Source: Octopus vulgaris
Lineage: Eukaryota
Assembly (NCBI GenBank): GCA_951406725.2
Contig: OX597815.1
Span: forward strand, 138,384,001-138,448,000
DNA length: 64,000 nt
Direction: 5' to 3'
Both the position numbers and the translations under genes were made by a program. Shown here piece by piece: positions 52,812 through 64,000 of this stretch; the first letter of the stretch is position 1; every line of letters begins with the position of its first letter. A model generated the notes under the pieces. It was not told where the DNA came from, did no database searches, and saw only the letters and a program-made list of their open reading frames with translations.

Positions 52812-53945
52812 AGAGAATACTAAGTGGGGAAAAAGAGGATATAAAATAATTAAATAGCAAAAACCTATTTTTCTTTGTTTATTGATCTCTCCATTGTTAC
52901 TATAGCATGGAAGAAAAAAATCAATATTTTCTGAGAATGTCTTTCAGAATAAATGGCCCTTAGGGAAAATAAAGTTATTGATATTTTTGATCGAATTTCT
53001 TTATGAAGAACAGAGCGTCTGTTTTGGTTTGTATTAAAGGATTTTTTTTATCCTTTACGAAGTTCCTAATTTCAAACTAGTTCAGCACATAATTTCATAG
53101 CTGAAAGAATTTAGATTTCCTAATAGTTGAGACACCGTCAGATTAAAGTAATTTTATCCCCCAAAATAGAACTTCAGTTTTATTGGGGAAAACTTGTCTG
53201 AATAGTTTCATAAAATTTTCTATGAGGGTTAAAAATATATGTAGACTAATAAATTTTTTCATTATTTATAATAATGTCTGGATCAAATGTAAGCACGTTA
53301 TTTCGTCAATGCACAATATGATTTAATGCGATACACAGGTGAGTAGCCATATCCAATTATAGAAGGGAAAGACTGTTCTTGTTCTTTGAAAAACAAAGAA
53401 ACTTTGTGGAAAATCAGAATCCAATATTGATTCTATGAAAAATACTTCTTGATTAGAGTAAATTCTATTTTTTTCATAATATAACTGTAGCTGTCCAAAT
53501 ATAAAGAAATCAAACTTTGTATATTTCCTATCACTAAATTATAATTCGTCAGTATACCCATTTGTAATCTTGAAACACACACACATACACACACACACAC
53601 ACATGCACGTACGCACACATACATTTATACACTTACAGACACGCACACACACACACATAATAAATGAGAAACGGAAAATGGAGTTCACCAGAGTCTATAT
53701 TCTTCAAAATAATCGTTTCGACCAATCTTGCATTGCTCCCTTGCGGGAGGGATACTGTACAACTGGATCTGTTGCATCCTTCGTTGCAGGTGCATCTCAA
53801 CAAGTGTCGTGTTTTAAAGAAATATATGAAATATACTCACTAAATATACTTGGTTTCGCTTGGCATGTTGTTTTTGCATGTAGTTGGTTATAACGCCAGG
53901 GATGGATACAATTTCCAGGTTATAACCGGTTAATATATATATATA

Positions 53946-54617
53946 TGTAAATGTAATATGTGACGATTATTCGGTAGCCATGATAAAACTCCGAGTTTTG
54001 GATGTCGGGGTGGAAATCCACGCCGCCATCTCTTCAGTTATCCGGCCATCGAAAAAATGCTATGAAAATGACCGTTAAACAAAGGGAAATTACTGTGTGA
54101 TTAACCGTTATTAAGACAAAAGAGCTATTTGAATGACCGCTAAGTGAGGGGAGGGAGTAAAAGTAAGGGGGTAAAAATGTACATAGTATTCGCGTAAGCG
54201 CGCATGTTCCTACCTACACATGCGCGCCCACACACCCACGTACATGCGCCTATAAGTATACACTTATCCACACTCACTTGAAACATACACATTCTCACCT
54301 ACACCATTCGCCAATATATATATGTATACACAATCCTCCACACACACATGCACCAAAAAGGTTCATACACAAGTCTAAGTACGCGCAAGAGCCAGAAAAA
54401 ACAGGGCTAAGGGCAACAATACAGAAAAAAGTGTAAAGAAGTATTAAAAAAATAAGCAATAAGAGTAAAACACGTCTATATACGCACATACCTGTATGCA
54501 CGCACACACACACGTCTATATATGTGCATACCCGCACACGTCTATATTTGTATACACACACACGCACAAAAAAGTTCATATACACCTCTATATACGCACA
54601 TACTCGCATACACGCAC

Positions 54618-54663
<46 letters not shown>

Positions 54664-55317
54664 CGCACATGCACAAGAAAAAATAGTGCTAAAGGCAAAA
54701 ATACAGGAGAATGTGTAAAAACCAATGAGTAAAACATTTCTATATACGCACATACTCGCATGCACGCACACACATACATCTATATTCGCACATGCCCGCA
54801 CACACGCACACCTCCAAACGCGCGCACAAAGGATTCCATATATACGTCTATATACACACAGGGAAAAATGCAGGGTGGAAGGTAGAATACAGAAAAAATA
54901 TGTGTAAAAAATGTATATGAGCAATAAACCTATAAAACAATATCTCTATAAATATGTAAAAAATATTTTTTTATATATATATTTTGTATATATATTATGT
55001 ACATTGTATATATATTATGTACATTTTTACCCCCTTACTTTTACTCCCTTCGCTCACTTAGCGGTCATTCAAATAGCTTTTTGTCTTAATAACGGTTAAT
55101 CACACAGTAATTTCCCTTTGTTTAACGGTCATTTTCATAGCATATTTTCGATGGCCGGATAACTGAAGAGATGGCGGCGTGAATTTCCGCCCCGACATCC
55201 GAAACTCGAAGTTTTATTATGGCTACCGATTAATTGTCACATATTACATTTACAGATAAATTTCTCTATTTACATAATATCGAGGTCTCTTTCATTCTTT
55301 TGTTGTCTTACATATTT
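53946..55317 (+). mobile_element. Non-coding PLE-like element with ~243-bp inverted arms and CA-rich spacer
   Basis: 53946-54189 is the reverse complement of 55012-55254 with scattered mismatches; starts in (TA)n; hammerhead in each arm. Confidence 0.85.
55152..55224 (+). ncRNA. Type I hammerhead-like motif (inverted copy at 53975-54048)
   Basis: tggccggataa CTGAAGA gatg...catcc GAAA CTCGAAG TT ttattatggcta; extended helix I. Confidence 0.7.
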
Positions 55318-55321
55318 TGTT

Positions 55322-55510
55322 GTCCGTTGGCGATTTTTTTCTCCGTCTTCTCTTCCTTGGATCTTTCCTTTTCCTATGTTTCTGAGGAAGAGCTCCGCTC
55401 GAAACTTTAAATCATCCTTCTTCCCTTCCTTTCCTGAGCGTCCAATAATACTATACTTGTTCCACGTCCTCGCGTTGTTGTATTTTCTCTTTGTGTTTTC
55501 ATGTTTGGAT

Positions 55511-55515
<5 letters not shown>
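55322..55515 (+). mobile_element. Short pyrimidine-rich element ending in (TA)n, with minimal hammerhead-like motif at 55378-55412
   Basis: gttt CTGAGGA a gagc-tcc-gctc GAAAC TTT aaat. Confidence 0.6.
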
Positions 55516-55547
<32 letters not shown>

Positions 55548-57069
55548 GCATCCATTCTAGTGCTTGTTTGTTCGTTAACCTATTTATTCAGAAATTCACG
55601 CTCTATCCAGCTCTATAATTTATAGATATTTTGAATCTAACCTGATGATAAATTCATTAAAGAACATTTGAAGTTCATTTAAAACTCCAATATCTGAAAC
55701 TCTCGATAATTTCGTAACATACATTGTTACAGCTGAATTGTTTTTTGAATTGCATTCACCCCGCCCCTATATGTTAGAGCTATATTTCTATTGTATGAAA
55801 GACAACGTAGTGCGAGGTACAGTCTGTTCATGCCTACACAAGTCCTGTCCACGATAAGACTTGTGAAGATGATTTGATATGGTATTGAGTTCATAATTTA
55901 TTGTTACTGAAGCCTGCTACTGAGATATATGATAACACACCAATTCTTCAGATTTTCGTTTAACCTAATTCTAGAATACTTCTGAGATCAACCGGAAAAT
56001 CGTTATTGTGCTTTTCATTCAGCAAATTCTACTTCCAGCTTTATTTCCAGATCTATATGTTCTTCTATTTGAAAGACTCCAATTATCAAATTATAGGAGA
56101 ACATCAGATAAACATTATGATCAAGGCTTTGAAGGATCTTCAAAAGCTAGAGATCTTTCTAATTCCATGATACAGTTAAATATCTCGTACATTTTCGCGA
56201 AAGGTTTCAAGTATTCTTCTTATTTTCAAAATAAATGCTATTCTGTGATTTTGTTTCATTGCTAGATTCAGATTATCTTAGAAGTATAACGAGCACAGAC
56301 ACTGTTACTTTATTGCTTCAAGTTTTCCTTTCCTGTCGGATAAGATTCAAAGGATTTATGATCGCTTTCAAACTTAGAATAATTATCGTCAAATCAAACT
56401 GTTTGTTGACAGCTGTTATGTTTGAAACAAAACAGTATAAGAATGCTTCATTATTTGTAAAAGTTCTGATAAAGGAACCATAATTGAAAAGATGCCGCAA
56501 ACAATACGACTATGTGTGAAATATGTTAAACAAATATTTGTGAAACATTTCAATTGTAGTGAGTCAATCAACCCTATTCCTCATAGCTGACAATGCTTAT
56601 TTCGAATGGCTTTTGAGAATGAAACGTGGGTGATAAAAATAATTAATAAAATCGATATCACTAAACAAACCAATACATTATGTAATTGATGAAGAAAACC
56701 TAACGATCTATGAAACAAGTTTCATTGCAGAGGAACCAGATAGTTTAAAAATCATGAATGCCGAGACAATTAATAATTATTTCGTATTCTATTGCTTAAA
56801 ACAAAAGATTGTCGAGATATAAACAAAAATAAAAGTGACAAGAAAAGCTTTAATAATTACTGCTAATGAAGATGATGATAATTATTATGATGATGGTGAT
56901 GATGATGGTGACTATAATGACGGTAATGAGATGACAACAACAACAATATAGAGAACATCAAGAGGATAACAAATCGTAGCATGACATCGATTGATTATAG
57001 AAAGGCAATCGATACTGGAGTCACTCTATATAAATAAAACCGTTCCAGTTCTAAAATTGTATATCGACC

Positions 57070-57720
57070 ATACCATTTCAAAATGGAAAGCAAGCCTTTT
57101 ACTAGAAAGCAGAGAGAATAATGATTAAAACTAACTCAATATCTCAAAAGAGAAAGCTAGCCGGAGGGCTTCCTATTTTCCTATTTTCTCTACACTTTTT
57201 CAAACCCTATTAAGAAAGTCATTAAACCAAAAATGTTTATAAATGTTGCAAAAATTCTAAAGCATTATCTTTATGATGTATGATTAAAACTTTTGACAGG
57301 GAACAATATTCAGCTGGAAAATCTACTAAAATTTGCTTATGAATTAAGCCAGACATTGCTCCGTATTGAACTAGATTAATGAACCAAATCTTCTATAAAA
57401 GTAAACAAATTAACTACACTGAGAACAGTAAATTAAATCCAGACACTGAAATGAAAATGCAATTTGAAAAGCTATATTTAAAGACAGAATAGATAACAAA
57501 CTAGGAGCTGATTACATAAGAAAAGTAATAGAATAAGTAAAATAGCAATAGACAAACGACTAAAAAATAAGTGGAACTCCAGCATTTACTACAGAAACAC
57601 TGGAGTGAAAAAATACCTCTTTGCAAGACTCTACAGAACAGAAATGAGCCAACAATATATTCTAAGAGGGAAAATTACTGAAATAAAAAGAAGAAACTGA
57701 ATGTCTGACTCTAGTTGCAC
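57070..57720 (+). mobile_element. Highly decayed R4/Dong-like RT remnant
   Basis: KWKASLLL, IKTNSISQKR, KHYLYDV*LKLLTGNNIQLENLLKF resemble eroded HLLYMDDLKL..QLE.LL. Confidence 0.55.
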
Positions 57721-57774
57721 ATGATGTGCAGAAATATTTGGCCCTTTTAATCCAAAAGCAGACTATACTAATCG

Positions 57775-58140
57775 TCTCAAATTTTAGCACAAGGCCAGCA
57801 AATTTCGGCGTGGAAGTCGATTACATCGACTCTAGTGCTCAACTGGTACGTATTTTATCGACCTTGAAAGAATGAAAGGTACAGTCGACCTAGGTGGAAT
57901 TTGGGCTCAGAAGGTAAAGATGGACAAAATGCCTCTAAGCATTTTTCCCGGTGTGCTAATGATTCTGCCAGCTCGCTTCCTTAAGCAGACTAATAATCCT
58001 TTCTACTGGATACACAAGCCTTCAGATTTTTGGGGGAGGAGACTAGACGATTACATCGACCCCAGTGTTTCACTGGTACTTAATTTATCGACCCTGAAAG
58101 GATGAAAGCCGTGCTAACAGCTCTACCAGATCGACACCTT
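57775..58140 (-). mobile_element. Two adjacent decayed family-A-related SINEs
   Basis: aagtcgattacatcgac...actggtac...ttatcgacc...gccagctcgc, with the core repeated. Confidence 0.8.
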
Positions 58141-59369
58141 AAAGCAAACTGTAATGTTAAAAAATATTTTTAATGGAATCAACAAAAAACAAAGCAATCG
58201 CTAGCATTATTTCTCACCAACCAGGCCTTGCAAACTTATGATATATCTAGAACAAATACAGATATGGCCGAATAGGCAGCTTTGTATTTTGAGCAGTATC
58301 CCACCCCAACCAGAAAGTAGGAGAAAATGCTGCAACAAAGACAAGGATATATCCTTGCCTTTTCAAGAAAGACAAGGATATGTGAGAAAATTGCACAGTT
58401 GTAAGCGAAATTAGAAAGTCCTCGTATTCTGACAGATGTCTCCTTCCATTTTCACATGAAAATAACTCGAACATGTAACATATATGAAACTAAAGCGATC
58501 TTGAAATTAAAATAAGCACAATATCGTACAAGAAAAATAGTTCCATTTAAAGTCACTTCTTCAAACACGACAAAGAGCAATTGGAACATAAATCATAAAA
58601 GCTATTCCCAAACTTTAAACTTAAACGATTTCCAAAGTTTTCCCAGTGAGGACATCCTACATACTGTCAACCCACTTTAAAATTCAATAGCGTAAATCAA
58701 GCAATACACTTTCTCAACAACTTATGTGACACTCTTCTACGAAGTCACTATCTGCGATAAAACTTTTCCATAGTAACGCAAGAACAGCTGGAATAACGAA
58801 ATCCTAGATATACTATGCCCGATAAAGAAATTAAACGTATACAGCTTAAATACTTTCGACCATTACTATGCTTCATCAGGGTTGGTATGGGAATACGACA
58901 AAACAACAATAGCATTTCATAAATCAAGATTATATACTCTAAGTCAACCACAAAGCAAATATAGTATACAATTGCCTCATCACAATCTAATAGCACAACT
59001 CGCTTAATACATGTTCTCTATACAATAACGACTCAGTTATATCACACAATTCATGCAGCACTCATACATCACTCACGCAATAAAATAAAACAGCACGTAC
59101 TTTTACGTAATCGAAACCCGATAGTATAGAACAACACAACTTACAAAAACAAAACTCACATTCAGTATAGTTACCTCGCAATAATAAATCCCAATTCATA
59201 CAACCTACAACACAAAGCTCAATACATTAAATAACGAATAACCACTATCTAAAATAACATCCCACATCAAACAAATAAAACCTTAACTTAACACCAAAAT
59301 CGACCGAGGAAGCGTCCATACGAAACAAAGTTGGAGTGACATGTAAACACTTTTCCATACAATATATAT

Positions 59370-59935
59370 AACTGTATGTTATATATATTTGCTAGACCTG
59401 GTGTTTTTGCTATGTATTTGAATATTTTTTTATGATACCTAATACGCCTATTATGATAGGAATTGTTTCTGTTTTTAGACTCCACATTCGAGTTATCTCT
59501 ATTTCCAGGTCTTGTATTTTGAAAGTTTCTCCGTTTCTTTTGGAGAAACGTTGTCGTCTATTGGTATTGATACATTAATTAGAAAGCATTTTTTCCTTGG
59601 TGATCTCTGACAAATATATCTGGCCTATTGACCTTAATTTTTTTTGTGTGTATTGCCATACCCCATAGTATGGTTGCTTTCTCATTTTCTGTGACTGTTT
59701 CTGGCGTGTGCCAGAGACAGTATGATTTATTGGTTCTTGTCCATCTCCTCATATTCGGCAGTTACTTGTTATGTCTCTTTTCATTATATGTTTTTGATAA
59801 TTTCTGGTGGGGAGGCTTTGGTCTTGTGCTGCAATTAAAAATCCTTCAGTCTCTGCATTGAGTCATGAGCTTCTAAGCCATTATTGGGATTTTGCTTTGT
59901 CTATTTCTTTTGCGTTTAGTTTAACCCAGTTGTAT
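59370..59935 (-). mobile_element. R4/Dong-like 3' fragment with zinc finger and RLE
   Basis: LNAETEGFLIAAQDQSLPTRNYQKHI, CRI*GDGQEPINH, ENEKATILW, VNRPDIFVRD, FLINVSIPIDDNVSPKETEKLSKY, IPIIIGVLG. Confidence 0.9.
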
Positions 59936-60101
59936 TCGACTAGCCACCTCCCACTTAAATTACTGGCATTGTGCTCAAATAAGAAAGAGTAGGTTTCATC
60001 ACCATCGTTATCATCATCATCATCATCATCATCATCATTACTGAGTGAGAGAGTAGCGCAAGCCATCAAAGTGACACTGGGGTAAAATATATGAAGCCCA
60101 A

Positions 60102-60812
60102 TGAAAAATTTATCAAATATAGTGAAATCAAGTATAGTGAAAATGAAATAATCAGGATGTAGAATACGAAATTAAAGTTAGCATTAATGATACTTAGAAC
60201 ACTGAATAGGATAAAAACATAAAAACCATATCAAGGTTCATAACTTTACACACAGCCCAAAACATAGGTGTTTTATGCATAACACATATCCTATGACACG
60301 GTTGAATATTGGTTTCAAATTTTGGTACAAGAACATCAATCTCGGAAGCGAGGCAAGTCGATTACATCGATCCCAGTACTTAACTCGTACATATTTTATC
60401 GACCCTGAAAAGACAAAAGGCAAACTCGACCTTGGCAGAATTTGAACTCAGAACATAGCATTTCGTCCGGTGTACTAACGATTCTGCCAGCTCGCCATCT
60501 TGATGCGGTTTAATATTAATTGCGCAGAGTATAAATGGTGTGAGTTGTGTTCTTTCAATAGGAAGGATTCGTATTGGGTAGTTTTTATTTGCAGAGAGTG
60601 TATTGTATGGGTTATGCTAATGAACTAAAAGTATCTTATAGAATGTGTTGTGCATAGAAGAATATCTGACTTTATGCTGTATGTAAAGTTATGGACCTTG
60701 ATATGTTTTTATGTTTTTACTATATTTAGTACTACTTTTAATTTTATATTCTACGTCCTGTTTATTTCATTTTCACTATGCTTGGTTTCACTATATTTGA
60801 TTCATTTTCCAT
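60102..60812. repeat. Old ~190-bp inverted repeat (60102-60293 / 60636-60812) with a SINE in the spacer
   Basis: atcaaatatagtgaaatcaagtatagtgaaaatgaaata...catatcaaggttcataactttac and its reverse complement. Confidence 0.85.
60311..60500 (-). mobile_element. Family-A-related SINE with degenerate TSD
   Basis: Core motifs as above; flanks tgacacggttgaatatt / tgatgcggtttaatatt. Confidence 0.8.
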
Positions 60813-63525
60813 GTCGTTCCGAGTCGTGACTTGCTCAGAAGAAATCGAGATATCTACTAGAGAGGCGACATTTTCATTCCAGTCCTGAGTAATTATAAAT
60901 ACGATATAGTCTAATGCATGCAATTTAAGTAATATAACGGGTTAAAAACTTCAATCAGCGGAGATTACCCTTGATAATTATATCTTGACAGTTTCCTTTT
61001 GATCTGATCAATCTAGACAGACATGCTCCAGACAATTGCTATCACATAGTTGTCACGTATCTTATATAATTTATATCATTTCTTATTCGTTTTCACGTCG
61101 ATGTGTTGCCATATATCCCAGTAGACTTAACTGCTGATTCGATCATAGCTGTGAATATATTCGAAGTTGACAAGGACTGGGCAGTCGGAAATAAAATGCT
61201 AAACATTCTTACTTTACTAAATGCAAATTCTGCGCTTGAAATTAGCTACGTTATTTGTGTAATTATTTCTGGTTAAACATTACTTTATGCAGCTAAACTC
61301 AGACCTTCCCAGAACATGTTGATCTTGTTAATGATTGTTGGATTTATGAGGTAAATAGTTCAATAACAAATAATAAGTACACGTATTTCGATGAAGAAGC
61401 TTCATAAAACATAAATGCGAAAGGGAAATTGAATGCTCAGTAATTAGCTTCCTGGATATTTTAGTTGAGATAATAAGGTCTCTGTTGTAAACAATACCAT
61501 TTTCTAAAGTTGACCCGAGTTCATGTTCGGTATGTTTAAAAGGCTTTTCATCATTGAGACCCTTCATTTATATCTTTTTTATTCTGGAAAGTGTTTGGCT
61601 TTGTATCGGATAGACGTAATGTTTATAAAGTTATGCGGTCAAATTGCACCATGTCTTTTCTCATTGTAAACAACGTATCTTCAACATTATCTCTGAACCA
61701 GTCTGGTGTAGCGTAATGCTAATGCTGGAAATCCATATTATGAGTGACATTCAGTCATGAATAATGTTTAAGTATTAACTATGAAACTTAAATATTTTCC
61801 ATAATTAATGAGGTGATAACATATCTCATGATTTAAGGAATTTGGTCGCAAAAAATTCAATGTGGAAGATTTAGCCTGTCTGTACGTATTCTCCAAGGAA
61901 AATGTTGCATTTCAAACATCTGAAGAAAATGTTACTTGTAGTCGTTATCACAAAACTTTCAAATACAATTATCCAAAGAACTAATCAACTGTAAAAATCA
62001 ATACAAAAAAAATGCTGACTATTCCGATCCCGACCAATAAATCAATGGTAATGATCAAGGGAAATTAATCAGCCATAATAACACTGACGAAGTCAATAAT
62101 CAAAACTAATGAAGACAATGTTCAGTGCAGATTAGTAGCAGTTTTGTCTCGAATTTCCATAGGAAATAATCGATTCCAACCAACATATCCTCACCCTGAA
62201 AATCAGGTTTAGTTTTCAACTACTATGTAAAACTTGAATCTGTTCGATTTAAAAGAAATAGTATTGACAAGGAATGTCCAGCTTGAACTATGCTTGGGTT
62301 CTTGCTTCGAAATATAACTAAAAGAACACTGGAATAGTACTAACATGTTCAATTCCTATTTAGGCGAATATTTAAATGTCATTTATAGAAAACACTATAA
62401 GATGAAAATTAAATAACCATTGGAAGTCTTAACGAAAATTTAGATTCAAAATAATAATTTTATCAGAGATAAGCGCCAGATATGGTATCCTGTAGCATAA
62501 CTGGTATATATAAATATTTTAATAATTGTACGTTATCCGCCTGATAAACGCGCGAATGTATATTCTAGAAAGTTAATAAAGTTCATTATCAAACTTAAGA
62601 TGTATTTGGAACTAAGTCCTTAATTTCTTTGTTTCGTGACTTCACTATTGACGCGTTCTTCCATAGAATTATAGTTGATGTATTTTAGTGAATAACACAT
62701 TTTATTTGCAACTCTGCATATAATTTACTAATAAGTTAATAAGTTAATACATTATAGCTAATAATGCACCTATAACTAATGATGATAGAAATAATCTTTG
62801 ACATTGAAAAGAGCATTTAACCGTCAGTGGAATGAATTTAAATCCTCAGAAACAAGAGCCCGAAGCGCATACAGTGAGAATTAATGAAATGAATTCTACA
62901 ATAAGCCAGAAGAATTTCAGATAGAATAATATCTTACATAAATGCGAATATAGTTTCAAATATAGTTGATTATTCAATCAAGCAACTTTGAGATGACAGA
63001 TCACCGTAGATTCATTATATTTTACTTAAAGCTTACACATATTTCAACCTTATGAACATATTTATTATTTACAGAACTCACAGAAAAACTGCGATCATCA
63101 GAACGGTGACCTTTATGAATACAATTATATAATTTAATCTTCATTAAAATAGCTTACAGGAAGGAGAACTATAAAAGGACACCACCATATGAGCATTGTT
63201 TCTCGCCTACCTTAATTCCTTCTCTAGATATGCACAAGAATACCAAGTCAATTGAAATGCCTGACCGTCAAAATTAAATACTATTATCAATTAGTGAGAC
63301 AAAACTAATGTCAACATTACATATGTCAAAACCACTTTGTAAACCAAGCAGAAAGTCATATATACTTGGAGCACCCCAACAGATTTGCATTAAATATTCT
63401 ACACGATATTTCAAATAATCACATCTCGTACTTTGAATATTTACATATTAATAGAGAATAATCGTTTCAAAAATGATGAATAATTTTTAGATTTATTTAC
63501 ATGCATAAATATACGTTACTGATCT

Positions 63526-63602
<77 letters not shown>

Positions 63603-63635
63603 GCACATATATCTTTATATATATATACACAATGT

Positions 63636-64000
63636 GTTTCAGTCACTAGGCTGCGGTTATGCTGGGGCGTTGGCCTTAAAGATTTTAGTCGAAGAAATCG
63701 ATACCAGCACTTATTTCAAAGTTTGGTACTTATTCAATTCTCCCTTTCTGTCGAGCCGCTATTCTAATTGGACGTAAACAGTTCAACACCGGTTTCAAGC
63801 GGTGACAGTAGATGGTAGACAAACACAAACACAAAGACACACACACAGACACAGACACACACACACAAGACTATATATATTTACGACGGGTAACTTTCAG
63901 GTTCTTTTCTACCAGATTCAGTCACAAGGCTTTCATTGACCCGGGGTTATAATAGAAGACACTTGTCCCAGATGTGACGAAGTGGAACTGGACCCAGAAC
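63636..64000 (-). mobile_element. Family-B SINE running off the window end
   Basis: tgtttcagtcactaggctgcggttatgctgggg...tcacaaggcttt...tagaagacacttgtcc. Confidence 0.85.

Noticed and set aside
56000-56480. hAT transposase remnant
   Set aside because: Only a vague resemblance; no diagnostic motif could be confirmed by eye.

Overview
Repeat-saturated, AT-rich eukaryotic DNA, either intergenic or deep intronic. The SINE families and microsatellite load suggest an octopus or related cephalopod (inference from memory, not a database hit). No host protein-coding gene can be supported; there is one possible isolated 73-bp exon. Most ORFs in the supplied track are microsatellite translations. Recognisable coding sequence is all transposon-derived: RTE, Hero-like, four R4/Dong-like and two CR1-type LINE fragments, a Helitron PIF1-helicase pseudogene, mariner 5' ends, an ORF1-only L1/Tx1-like element inside a SINE head, and three Penelope-like (PLE) fragments. 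The most notable signal is about ten hammerhead-ribozyme (HHR)-like motifs from at least seven unrelated sequence contexts. They lie in short elements bounded by (TA)n or other microsatellites, and several have the PLE '5' inverted copy of the 3' end' architecture. One has a non-canonical but Watson-Crick-compensated A3-U8 core in both arms. Coordinates were read by eye, and the ends of decayed elements are approximate.
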